Positions 1 to 12,292 of a stretch of DNA of 64,000 bases are shown here, in pieces; position 1 is the first letter of the stretch; every line of letters starts with the position of its first letter. The DNA comes from Eledone cirrhosa (taxonomy: Eukaryota). Below the pieces are notes generated by a model that saw only the letters and a list, made by a program, of their open reading frames with translations, had not been told where the DNA came from and did no database searches. The stretch covers positions 92,628,001 through 92,692,000 of the forward strand of contig OZ024745.1 in NCBI GenBank assembly GCA_964016885.1. Reading direction: 5' to 3'. Made by a program: the position numbers and the translations under genes.

Positions 1-75
1 CTATATATATATATATAACTATATATATATCTATAATATTAAATAAATGGAAAACTATATTTATAAAACCATATT

Positions 76-141
76 TATTTCATTATATATATTTCGGGGA
101 TATCATATTAACAATATGCTATGCCTTCATCAGACAAAATA
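76..141 (-). ncRNA. Type I hammerhead ribozyme motif (mirror copy in left arm of palindrome)
   Basis: Exact reverse complement of 221-286. Confidence 0.7.
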
Positions 142-220
142 CAATATAAACAGTTTTATAGATAAATATATTCGACATACCGTATGTCGAATATATTTAT
201 CTATAAAACTGTTTATATTG

Positions 221-286
221 TATTTTGTCTGATGAAGGCATAGCATATTGTTAATATGATATCCCCGAAATATATATAATGAAATA
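221..286 (+). ncRNA. Type I hammerhead ribozyme motif (minimal stem III, partly degenerate stem II)
   Basis: Stem I tattttgt(221-228)/atgaaata(279-286). CTGATGA 229-235. Stem II ggcatagcatatt-gtt-aatatgatatccc with 2 mismatches. GAAA 267-270. Palindromic tatata stem III, then UA cleavage dinucleotide at 277-278. Confidence 0.7.
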
Positions 287-417
287 AATATGGTTTTATA
301 AATATAGTTTTCCATTTATTTAATATTGTAAATATACTCCAAGTATTTGTCGAGTGCTTTTATATCAGTTATAAATATTTACTAGTTGTAACCCAACAAT
401 TTTAAATATAACTTTAC

Positions 418-1226
418 ATATATATAACTATATATATATATAAATATATATATAACTATATATATATATATATAACTATAACTATATATATATATATATA
501 TATATAACTATATATATATATATAACTATATATATATCTATATATATATATATAACTATATATATATCTATATATAAATATATATATATAACTATATATA
601 TATATAAATATAACTATATATATATATAAATATAACTATATATATATATATAAATATAACTATATATATATATATAAATATATATCTATACTATATATAT
701 ATAAATATATATCTATACTATATATATAAATATCTATCTATACTATATATATAAATATCTATCTATATATATTTATATATATATATAAATATATATCTAT
801 ACTATATATATCTATATATATATATATCTATATATCTATATATATCTCTATCTATCTATCTATATATATATCTATATATATATCTCTATCTATATATATA
901 TCTATATATCTATCTATCTATCTATCTATATATCTCTCTCTCTCCCTCTCTCTCTATCTATATATATCTCTCCCTCTATCTATCTATATATATCTCTCCC
1001 TCTATCTATATATATATATATCTCTCTCTATATATATATATATCGCTCTCTCTAAATATATATATCTCTCTCTCTCTCTCTAAATATATATATATATATA
1101 TATATCTATATATATCTCTCTCTCTCTCTATATATATATATATCTCTCTATATCTCTATCTCTCTCTCTCTCTCTCTATATCTCTATCTCTCTCTCTCTC
1201 TCTATATATATCTCTCTATATCTCTA

Positions 1227-1306
<80 letters not shown>
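418..1306. repeat. Compound (TA)n / (TC)n microsatellite with TAAC and CTATA interruptions
   Basis: Direct reading of the sequence. Confidence 0.95.
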
Positions 1307-1310
<4 letters not shown>

Positions 1311-1637
1311 ATTAAATAAATGGAAAACTATATTTATAAAACCATATTTATTTCATTATATATATATTTCGGGGATATCATATTAACAATATGCTATGCC
1401 TTCATCAGACAAAATACAATATAAACAGTTTTATAGATAAATAGATTCGACATACCGTAATAAACACCGACTTCATTTGAAGAGGTTTACGCTAGCAGTT
1501 TTATAAATATAGTTTTATAAATATAGTTTTCCATTTGTTTAATATTGTAAATATACTCCAAATATTTGTCGAGTGCTTTTATATCAGTTATAAATATTTA
1601 CTAGTTGTAACCCAACAATTTTAAATATAACTTTACA
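1305..1637. mobile_element. Penelope-like pLTR remnant (copy 2), non-palindromic sibling of 35-417 with ~38-bp inverted termini
   Basis: Matches 35-184 and ~294-417 with only a few differences. It has unique sequence (ataaacaccgac...gctagca, 1460-1498) where copy 1 has the mirrored arm. Flanked by (TA)n. Confidence 0.7.
1349..1416 (-). ncRNA. Type I hammerhead ribozyme motif (copy 2)
   Basis: Reverse complement reads tattttgt-CTGATGA-aggcatagcatattgttaatatgatatcccc-GAAA-tatatata-ta-atgaaata, with one extra TA in stem III versus copy 1. Confidence 0.65.
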
Positions 1638-1844
1638 TATATATATATATATATATATAATCACATTAAAAACTATATGTGCAGACAATGCAGTCAAAGA
1701 CAGTCAAGTATGGTATACATACATATAAATTAACACACACATCTATATATATTTGTATAGAATTTGTGTAGATACAATATAGAGAAGTATGCATATGCAA
1801 ATTGAAAAATCAACATTTATTAAGGTCTGGTTATCATCATCATC

Positions 1845-1847
<3 letters not shown>

Positions 1848-1887
<40 letters not shown>

Positions 1888-1896
1888 CATATATAT

Positions 1897-1965
<69 letters not shown>

Positions 1966-1974
1966 CATATATAT

Positions 1975-2024
<50 letters not shown>
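1848..2024. repeat. (TA)n/(CA)n microsatellite
   Basis: Direct reading. Confidence 0.95.
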
Positions 2025-2026
<2 letters not shown>

Positions 2027-2448
2027 CTTTGAATAACTTTGAAATGTTTTGGCCAGTATTGGCCCAGGCCATGTCTAACTTAATAACACCACCTGGCGAA
2101 GTCTTTCAATTCAGGATTTGGGCACCATGGCCCATTCGAGAAGAGAATTAGTTTGCGGAGACATATCCGGGTGTGGGTGGTTTGTCCGGGATTACTTGGA
2201 GGAATTTGTCCAAAGACCTCTTGAATTTTGTGTGGTCAGTTTCTGTTTTGACGTGTCCTGGTGTGATGTTGAAGAGAGCAGGGCCGATTGAGGTGAAATA
2301 ATTGTGCCGTATTGTTGTTATGAGTTGCGATTTAGATTTTTGAATGGGACGGATAGCACGGGGCCCAAGCCTTGGGTGTATCTTGAAGGCGATGCCAACA
2401 TCATTTGGGCAGTGATGATGGAACATTTTCCACATCATGCAGATAATA
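2023..2448 (-). mobile_element. 5'-truncated LINE 3' end (CR1/L2-group ORF2 C-terminus plus 3' UTR)
   Basis: Minus-strand peptide [17 protein letters not shown]...[21 protein letters not shown]...[21 protein letters not shown] matches the typical CR1-group C-terminal pattern (GPxLFNxLP...FKxxLDxFL). It ends in a short tandem tail (tcaaagttat)x2 and sits inside (TA)n. Confidence 0.8.
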
Positions 2449-2471
2449 TATATATATATATACATATATAT

Positions 2472-2510
<39 letters not shown>

Positions 2511-2685
2511 TATACACATATATATATATATATACATATATATACACATATATACACATATATATATATATATATATATACATATATATACACATATATA
2601 TACACATATATATATATATATATATATACATATATATACACATATATATACACATATATATATATATATATATATACATATATAT

Positions 2686-2734
<49 letters not shown>

Positions 2735-2767
2735 TATACACATATATATATATATATACATATATAT

Positions 2768-2804
<37 letters not shown>

Positions 2805-2807
2805 TAT

Positions 2808-2882
<75 letters not shown>

Positions 2883-2945
2883 CATACATATAGATATACA
2901 CATACATATATATGTATATATACACACACACACACATATATATAT
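2446..2945. repeat. Compound (TA)n microsatellite with periodic CATATATATACACA interruptions
   Basis: Direct reading; source of the YIYI pseudo-ORFs. Confidence 0.95.
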
Positions 2946-3257
2946 GCCTGCACCTAGTCAACTCTTGTAAAGTGGTGGTACTGGTGTTACAATAAAATAC
3001 ACCGAGCCCACTCTGTAAAGTGGTAATATTGGTGTCACTATAGAGAATCACCCAGCCACCCTGTTAGGTAATAGTGGTAGTGCTGCAATAAAATGCATTT
3101 GGTACATGCCATGAAATGGTTGGCATTAGCAAGGGCATCCAGTTGTAGATACCCTGCCAGAATAGAATGAGTGTGAGGTCACTTGACCTGTCTAACCTCT
3201 TATCATGACTATCTAACCCATGCAAGCACAGAAAATAGATGTAAAATGGTGATGATA
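2946..3257 (+). mobile_element. Degenerate RTE-LINE 3' UTR fragment or RTE-derived SINE tail
   Basis: Motifs ggttggcattagcaagggcatccagttgtaga and aacccatgcaagcac...gatgat match the 3' UTR that follows the RTE ORF at 57271-57643 in this window. Confidence 0.6.
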
Positions 3258-3336
3258 TACACACACATACAAACGAGTGTAAACACACACATACACAAAC
3301 ACATGAGCGCATATATATATATACACACACAAACAA

Positions 3337-3369
<33 letters not shown>

Positions 3370-4800
3370 AACAAACAAGAGTAAATTATACACATACACA
3401 CAAACACCTGAGTGTATATACATACACACAAACCACAAGTGTAAATATACATACACAAGTGTATATATACACACAAACAATTTAAGAACACTATCACAGG
3501 CTATAGCATACATGTATGAGTGCACAAGGGTATGCAGACACATGCACACTTTTTACAAGTGCAATAACACAAACAAACTATGCACATATGTGTGCATGAG
3601 TAAATTTCTATGTGTATATGATTTCTACGTATGTGTGCACAATTTCTAAGTGCAAGCTAACAGACAAAAATATGCACAAGTGCATGTATGTGTGCACTCA
3701 CACTTTTTAAATGCACATTGCGAGAGACTAAACAAGAATGTGCACACAACTATATATCCATGCACACACACACACACACACACACACATAGGCTAACAGA
3801 CAAAAACATGCATGTAATGTGTGCATGTATGTATGTATGTATGTATGCACTCATACAAACACCATTTTTAAATACACACAGACAAAAACATGTATGTGCA
3901 CACAAGTCTAGACTCCTGCATGCACATATACATATTCTATCATAGAGATAAACATGCATGTATGAGGTTATGCACATACTCACACAAGCACACCATTTTA
4001 AAGAGTAAACTGCACACTAACACAGACAAAATTGAATACACGTGCATGCTAACACATAAAAATATACTCATATACACTATATAAAAATGTACACATATAG
4101 AAACACACAATTTTTAAACACACACTAACTCAGACAAAAGCATGTTTGTGTACACAAGTATAACACACGTACAAACACAAGTTATGAGGACACACACACT
4201 AAAACATTCAAGAGCACACTAACACAGACAATAACATGTATACATGTGTATACACCTAACACATATCAATTGTGCAATACAATAAACACTTCAGATATAT
4301 GGACTAATTTAAAGACCCAGGCATACACACATGCACAGACATGCATTTACATACACACATGCATATGCAAACAAACACATATTCAGATACATATATGTAT
4401 ATATATATACAAACACACACACATATATATATATATATACACAAACATCTGCTGACACAGGCATTCATGCAGATACATGCATAAGCAAACATACGCATAC
4501 TTATGCAGACACACAAATATATGTATATATGTATATATGTATATATATATATATATATACATACACACAGCCACACACACACACACACACACATACACAT
4601 ACACAAACATCTGCTGACACAGGCATACATGCAGATACATGCATGCATATGCAAACATACACATACAGACACACACATGTATGTATATGTACACAGACAC
4701 ACACTCCCAGATACAAACATCTGCTGACACAGGCATATATGCATCCAAACAGCATGCACTTGTGCATTCATACATATGCACATGATAATACTGTAGAAAT
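3258..4800. repeat. CA/TA-rich low-complexity region with a 24-bp motif (acaaacatctgctgacacaggcat) at 4441, 4602 and 4713
   Basis: Direct reading. Confidence 0.8.
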
Positions 4801-5057
4801 ATATGCTAAACCATTGTGAAATCCACATTAATATATTCAATACAATATTTGTATTTAGTATGCAGTACGTTTGCTGGGAGTCGCCTCTCTCCTCTAGTTG
4901 TATTGTTAATATTGTTAATTATTAAAAATAAAGAAAAACTACACCATTGCTCAGCTAAATCTTCTTTCAATACATCCAGCTCATCTTTTACTGAAACAGT
5001 CACAGTAATTAATCTAACCCTTCCCCGCCATAGCAAACACTTTTGCTCAACAACACT

Positions 5058-5290
5058 TACCCCCCCCCCCCCCTTCAGAAGAATTCTCACCTTTGCAGCT
5101 CCCCCTACTTCACAAGAATTGTATCCCCCCCTCACAATAAACCCCACCTTTGTACCCCCCCCCCACAATAAACCCCACCTTTGTATCCCCCCCCCCACAA
5201 TAAACTCCACCTTTGCAGCTCCCCCCCACTTCACAAGAACCCCCACCTTTGAGTCCCCCTCCCCCCTACACAAGAAACCCCACCTCTAAC
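5058..5290. repeat. C-rich degenerate minisatellite (~30-bp units, e.g. acaataaaccccacctttgta-C(n))
   Basis: About six related units sharing cacctttg followed by C runs. Confidence 0.75.
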
Positions 5291-5964
5291 TACAAGTCCA
5301 CTCAATTATTCCTGTCTCAAGCCAAATAAAGCCTAGAAGGAATATATAACAATGTCATCAGTTTTACTCAGAGATTATAGTTGAGTGTTGACAGAATTTT
5401 CGGGGGGGGGGGGGTTTAAATAAATTACAGGAAGGTCAACTACTGAAGTTGATATAATAAATTTCTCTGCCCTCCACAAAAATTGTTGGCCTTAAGCCCA
5501 AAATTAGAAACTGTTGTTGTTATTATTAGCAGGAGTATTGTGTTATCAATGACTTGTCTTATACATTTGTGTTAGCTTCTGGCTGCCTTCATTTTAATGT
5601 TAGATGCCAATTAATAAAATAAAATAAACACTATTTCAAATGTTCGTTTTTCTTTATTATGCTTCAATTCAGACCTTATAAAATATCTCCTATTTAGTAC
5701 TTCCTCTATTCAGGTCATGCTTCAAATGGAACACGTGGTTTTTACAAAGTCTGTATGAGTATCTGTGTAAATGTGAAAAATGGTCTGGAATATGCTCTGT
5801 TTAGCTATATTGTGAGCCACTATAATGGAAAAGAATTATAACTTTCATAGTTTGAAACTAGTATTTTACCTTGTCACAAGCAGATTGCTGTGTTTTTTGG
5901 CAAAAAACACAAATATCAAGGTCTTCAGACCACTTAGCTATAAAATAGGTCCCATGGTGTGTGT

Positions 5965-5998
<34 letters not shown>

Positions 5999-6800
5999 AC
6001 AGCTGTATTTAGTTGGGTCTCCACTGTTTAATCAACAAATGTTTTATAAGATTCTAATTGATATCTACAGGATATCAATTGGGTCACTATTGAAAGCTTT
6101 ATGTTAATGTAATAGTTTATGGGTAAATCTACCTGGCACAGCTCAAGTCTCTCTAGGTTACTGTCAACAGCCAGAAACAGAGTAGGAAGAGGACGAGGAA
6201 GAAACAGAGGAAGAGGTATGGCTCCACCAGGAATTGAACTACCATTGCAGACACAACATATCAAGAGCTCATTCCAAGTCAACAGTAGTCACATTACTGG
6301 ATTCAAATCCTCTTTGAAACAGCTGGAGAATAGAGAGATGCTATTAATATCTTTAAACAGAGAAATGCTAAAGTTGAGGTGGGTACCTAGAAACCTGGGG
6401 TACTGATCTTTCATTTCACCTCATATTGCTTAAATCTTTGTAAAGAAGAATTTCAATGAAGCTGTCATTTTCTCTTGTAGAAACGTCAGGCACTGAACAT
6501 ATTTTGAGAGTGAAAGACAAAGTAATACTGGAAACTATTTTTACAGTCACAAAGAATATAGAAAACTATTAGGACATTTGTTACAAAAGTGTTAGGTATA
6601 TGTGAAAGTAGATGTAGTTTGGCTTTATTTCATATTTCCTACCATTAATTTCTTTCTTTCAACTAAGACCATCTATTAATAATAGATGTGACTGTATGAA
6701 GCTGATTGGCTATTGTAAGAATACCAATCTCCACATGTCACCACTCCACCATATCCATATACCTATCTAAAAGAGACCAGTTTGCCATAACTACTAAACT

Positions 6801-6930
6801 CTATTTTGGTTTTCTTTTGAAAAAGGAGGGTTTTAACCTAAAAGATATAAGGTAAAAGTTTAAAAAAACTACACTATTTTGGTTTTCTTTCGAAAAAGAG
6901 GGTTTTAACCTAAAAAATATAAGGTAAAAG
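6801..6930. repeat. Tandem duplication of ~60-70 bp (ctattttggttttctt...aggtaaaag)
   Basis: Two near-identical copies at ~6801-6858 and ~6874-6930. Confidence 0.85.
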
Positions 6931-7395
6931 CATACTCCCCTCCCCTAAATCCTATTCTATAGTTGAATAGTTAGGGATAGAAACAATTTCCCCATTCAAC
7001 CTATGTAAACATAGAAAATGGATGGAAACAGAAAAAAACTCATCTGGTAAAAGGATAAGGGCAATGAAACAGGAAGTTTTTTCTAAGTAGTTGGCTAAAA
7101 AATGGGAATATGACAGAATCAGAAAGATGAAATGTTATTGCATAATGCAGTATTCACTATCAGTAATAGCTGCAATATCATAAATGCAACCAAGTGAAGT
7201 AAAGAAAGTACAATAGTATTAACATAGAAATAAGATGTACAGCTAAGGCAGGAGAGCTTCAACATGATCACTTGATCTGCACTGTATTTAGCTTATGTTC
7301 GAGGTCTCTATTTAACTGGTTTGTATGACATTTAAATTCTATATAAATAACAGTTAGTTAATAGTGGGGTTAAGGGTACCTACTGAGTTCTTGGG

Positions 7396-10300
7396 TTTGG
7401 AGATGAATATTACACTGGTTTCACTTTGGAGGTGAATATTACACCAGTTTTACTTTGGAGGTGGTGAATATTACACCAGTTTCACTTTGGGGAGTGAATA
7501 TTACACCGGTTTTACTTTGGAGGTGGTGAATATTACACCGGTTTTACTTTGGAGGTGGTGAATATTACACCGGTTTTACTTTGGGGGTGAATATTACACC
7601 GGTTTTACTTTGGAGGTGGTGAATATTACACCGGTTTTACTTTGGGGGTGAATATTACACCGGTTTTACTTTGGGGGTGAATATTACACCGGTTTTACTT
7701 TGGAGGTGGTGAATATTACACCAGTTTCACTTTGGGGAGTGAATATTACACCGGTTTTACTTTGGAGGTGGTGAATATTACACCGGTTTTACTTTGGAGG
7801 TGGTGAATATTACACCAGTTTTACTTTGGGGGTGAATATTACACCGGTTTTACTTTGGAGGTGGTGAATATTACACCAGTTTCACTTTGGGGAGTGAATA
7901 TTACACCGGTTTTACTTTGGAGGTGGTGAATATTACACCGGTTTTACTTTGGAGGTGGTGAATATTACACCAGTTTTACTTTGGGGAGTGAATATTACAC
8001 CAGTTTTACTTTGGAGGTGGTGAATATTACACCAGTTTTACTTTGAGGATGAATATTACACCGGTTTTACTTTGGAGGTGGTGAATATTACACCGGTTTT
8101 ACTTTGGAGGTGGTGAATATTACACCAGTTTTACTTTGGTGGTGAATATTACACCAGTTTTACTTTGGAGGTGGTGAATATTACACCAGTTTTACTTTGG
8201 AGGTGGTGAATATTACACCAGTTTTACTTTGAGGATGAATATTACACCGGTTTTACTTTGGAGGTGGTGAATATTACACCGGTTTTACTTTGGAGGTGGT
8301 GAATATTACACCGGTTTTACTTTGGAGGTGGTGAATATTACACCGGTTTTACTTTGGGGGTGGTGAATATTACACCAGTTTTACTTTGGAGGTGGTGAAT
8401 ATTACACCAGTTTTACTTTGGAGGTGGTGAATATTACACCAGTTTTACTTTGAGGATGAATATTACACCGGTTTTACTTTGGAGGTGGTGAATATTACAC
8501 CAGTTTTACTTTGGAGGTGGTGAATATTACACCAGTTTTACTTTGGAGGTGGTGAATATTACACCAGTTTTACTTTGAGGATGAATATTACACCGGTTTT
8601 ACTTTGGAGGTGGTGAATATTACACCAGTTTTACTTTGGGGGTGGTGAATATTACACCAGTTTTACTTTGGAGGTGGTGAATATTACACCAGTTTTACTT
8701 TGGAGGTGGTGAATATTACACCAGTTTTACTTTGGAGGTGGTGAATATTACACCAGTTTTACTTTGGAGGTGGTGAATATTACACCGGTTTTACTTTGGA
8801 GGTGGTGAATATTACACCAGTTTTACTTTGAGGATGAATATTACACCGGTTTTACTTTGGAGGTGGTGAATATTACACCAGTTTTACTTTGAGGATGAAT
8901 ATTACACCGGTTTTACTTTGGAGGTGGTGAATATTACACCGGTTTTACTTTGGAGGTGGTGAATATTACACCAGTTTTACTTTGGAGGTGGTGAATATTA
9001 CACCAGTTTTACTTTGGAGGTGGTGAATATTACACCAGTTTTACTTTGAGGATGAATATTACACCGGTTTTACTTTGGAGGTGGTGAATATTACACCGGT
9101 TTTACTTTGGAGGTGGTGAATATTACACCAGTTTTACTTTGAGGATGAATATTACACCGGTTTTACTTTGGAGGTGGTGAATATTACACCAGTTTTACTT
9201 TGGGGTGAATATTACACCGGTTTTACTTTGGAGGTGGTGAATATTACACCAGTTTTACTTTGGGGGTGAATATTACACCAGTTTTACTTTGGAGGTGGTG
9301 AATATTACACCGGTTTTACTTTGGAGGTGGTGAATATTACACCAGTTTTACTTTGGAGGTGGTGAATATTACACCAGTTTTACTTTGAGGATGAATATTA
9401 CACCGGTTTTACTTTGGAGGTGGTGAATATTACACCAGTTTTACTTTGGGGGTGAATATTACACCGGTTTTACTTTGGAGGTGGTGAATATTACACCAGT
9501 TTTACTTTGGGGGTGGTGAATATTACACCAGTTTTACTTTGAGGATGAATATTACACCGGTTTTACTTTGGAGGTGGTGAATATTACACCAGTTTTACTT
9601 TGGGGGTGAATATTACACCGGTTTTACTTTGGAGGTGGTGAATATTACACCAGTTTTACTTTGGGGGTGAATATTACACCAGTTTTACTTTGGAGGTGGT
9701 GAATATTACACCAGTTTTACTTTGGGGGTGAATATTACACCGGTTTTACTTTGGAGGTGGTGAATATTACACCGGTTTTACTTTGGAGGTGGTGAATATT
9801 ACACCAGTTTTACTTTGGAGGTGGTGAATATTACACCAGTTTTACTTTGGAGGTGGTGAATATTACACCAGTTTTACTTTGGGGGTGAATATTACACCAG
9901 TTTCACTTTGGGGAGTGAATATTACACCAGTTTCACTTTGGAGGTGGTGAATATTACACCAGTTTTACTTTGGAGGTGGTGAATATTACACCAGTTTTAC
10001 TTTGGAGGTGGTGAATATTACACCAGTTTTACTTTGGAGGTGGTGAATATTACACCAGTTTTACTTTGGGGGTGAATATTACACCAGTTTTACTTTGGAG
10101 GTGGTGAATATTACACCAGTTTTACTTTGGGGGTGAATATTACACCAGTTTCACTTTGGGGAGTGAATATTACACCAGTTTCACTTTGGAGGTGGTGAAT
10201 ATTACACCAGTTTTACTTTGGAGGTGGTGAATATTACACCAGTTTTACTTTGGAGGTGGTGAATATTACACCAGTTTTACTTTGGAGGTGGTGAATATTA

Positions 10301-11381
10301 CACCAGTTTTACTTTGGGGGTGAATATTACACCAGTTTTACTTTGGGGGTGAATATTACACCGGTTTTACTTTGGAGGTGGTGAATATTACACCAGTTTT
10401 ACTTTGGGGGTGAATATTACACCAGTTTCACTTTGGGGAGTGAATATTACACCAGTTTCACTTTGGAGGTGGTGAATATTACACCAGTTTTACTTTGGGG
10501 GTGAATATTACACCAGTTTCACTTTGGGGAGTGAATATTACACCAGTTTTACTTTGGAGGTGGTGAATATTACACCAGTTTTACTTTGGGGGTGAATATT
10601 ACACCAGTTTTACTTTGGGGGTGAATATTACACCAGTTTTACTTTGGAGGTGGTGAATATTACACCAGTTTTACTTTGGGGGTGAATATTACACCAGTTT
10701 TACTTTGGGGGTGAATATTACACCGGTTTTACTTTGGAGGTGGTGAATATTACACCAGTTTTACTTTGGAGGTGGTGAATATTACACCAGTTTTACTTTG
10801 GAGGTGGTGAATATTACACCAGTTTTACTTTGGAGGTGGTGAATATTACACCAGTTTTACTTTGGAGGTGGTGAATATTACACCAGTTTTACTTTGGAGG
10901 TGGTGAATATTACACCAGTTTTACTTTGGAGGTGGTGAATATTACACCAGTTTTACTTTGGAGGTGGTGAATATTACACCAGTTTTACTTTGGAGGTGGT
11001 GAATATTACACCAGTTTCACTTTGGGGAGTGAATATTACACCAGTTTCACTTTGGGGGTGAATATTACACTGGTTTTACTTTGGAGCTGAATATTACACC
11101 AGTTTCACTTTGGAGCTGAATATTACACCAGTTTCACTTTGGAGCTGAATATTACACCAGTTTCACTTTGGAGGTGAATATTACACTGGTTTTACTTTGG
11201 AGCTGAATATTACACCAGTTTCACTTTGGAGCTGAATATTACACCAGTTTCACTTTGGAGCTGAATATTACACCAGTTTCACTTTGGAGCTGAATATTAC
11301 ACCAGTTTTACTTTGGAGGTGAATATTACACTGGTTTTACTTTGGAGGTGAATATTACTCCAGTTTCAGTTTGGAGGTGAA
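7396..11381. repeat. Minisatellite, 29-32-bp unit gaatattacacc(a/g)gttt(t/c)actttggaggt(ggt), roughly 130 copies
   Basis: Head-to-tail repeats with a few recurrent end variants (ggaggtggt, gggggt, ggggagt, gaggat, ggagct); no unique spacers. Confidence 0.97.
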
Positions 11382-11399
11382 ATCTGTTTTTCCTCTTAT

Positions 11400-11563
11400 T
11401 TTTTGATGTAGTTTGAATGAATATGGCCCTCAAAACAGTTGAAAAGTGCCGTCTAAACATAATAGTGTTGATTAGCTGCCTCAACTTATACACATGGTTT
11501 GGATTTTTGTCCATTTCTCTGACATAAAGTAGGGGGTCGGCTTATATTCAAGTATATACAGTA
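11400..11563. mobile_element. Right end of a Tc1/mariner pogo/Tigger-type DNA transposon or MITE
   Basis: Terminal gggggtcggcttatattcaagtatatacag-TA resembles the TACTGTATATACTCGAATATAAGCCG type of TIR. Subterminal ctcaacttatacac is a related motif. No matching left TIR seen. Confidence 0.6.
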
Positions 11564-11728
11564 ATAGCAACTGAATCTCCATCATATCATATGTTAGCAT
11601 CTATCTTAAATCTGGAAAGGAGACTTAATACAGACCTAGATATCACTAAATATAAGGTATGGTCATGGTTGGAAGGCATTGAATCATAGGTCTGATTATC
11701 TGTGGTTGGCTTGAAGCTATATAACAAC
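11564..11728 (+). mobile_element. Degenerate dispersed repeat (SINE 3' part) ending in an aacaac tail
   Basis: Similar to the tandem copies at 58800-59140 (atagcaac...aatctc...ggtcatggttgg...aggtctg...gcta..aacaac). Confidence 0.5.
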
Positions 11729-11760
11729 TATACTATAGTAACATTCACTTGCATGACATG

Positions 11761-12120
11761 GTAACAGCTACCATAGCACCAACTGTAGCAGAGTAGTGTA
11801 ACAGTTACCATAGCAACAACTGTAGTATGGTAGTGTAACAATAGTACCATAACAATAACTGTATTATGGTAGTGTAACAATAGTACCATAGCAACAACTG
11901 TAGCATGGTAGTGTAACAATAATACCACAGCAACAATAGTACCATAGCAACAACTGTAGTATGGTAGTGTAACATAGCAAAGACTGCAAAAGTAGTGTAA
12001 CAACAGTTACTATAGCAACAACTGCAATAAAGCAGTGCAATAGCAGTACTATAGTAAAGATATATCCATGGCAACAACTGCATTATGGTAATACCACAGC
12101 AGTATTATGTTAACAACTGC
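11761..12120. repeat. Degenerate 37-39-bp minisatellite (gtaacaatagtaccatagcaacaactgtagtatggtagt)
   Basis: About eight imperfect units, decaying rightwards into cag/aac triplets. Confidence 0.8.
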
Positions 12121-12292
12121 ATGATGGTGAATACTAAAGCAATGCCACAGCAGCAGCAGCAACAACAGTAACAGCAACATCACAGCAGTAACAGTAACAT
12201 CATCACAGCAGCAGGAACAGCAATATCACAGCAACAACAACAATAACAGTAACACCACAGAAGTAACAGTAACAGCAACATCACACCAGCAA

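Larger units (their letters stand above)
35..417. mobile_element. Palindromic Penelope-like pLTR remnant (copy 1): perfect 146-bp inverted arms (35-180 / 182-327) plus ~90-bp tail, embedded in (TA)n
   Basis: ORFs 47..232(+) and 130..315(-) translate identically, placing the symmetry centre at 181 (ttcgacatac-c-gtatgtcgaa). Each arm carries a hammerhead motif. Near-identical sibling at 1305-1637. TA microsatellite on both sides. The PLE assignment is inferred from hammerhead plus inverted architecture. Confidence 0.7.

Noticed and set aside
47-315. Two identical 61-aa ORFs on opposite strands
   Set aside because: A consequence of the palindrome; the peptide has no recognisable family and the sibling copy is frameshifted by an extra TA.
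1743-4840. Many YIYI/CVCV/HTHT-rich ORFs (also near 47.5, 57.1, 58.3, 60.0 and 63.7 kb)
   Set aside because: Translations of dinucleotide microsatellites that lack stop codons.
7396-11381. CRISPR-like 29-32-bp partially palindromic repeats
   Set aside because: No unique spacers, no cas genes, eukaryotic context; it is a minisatellite.
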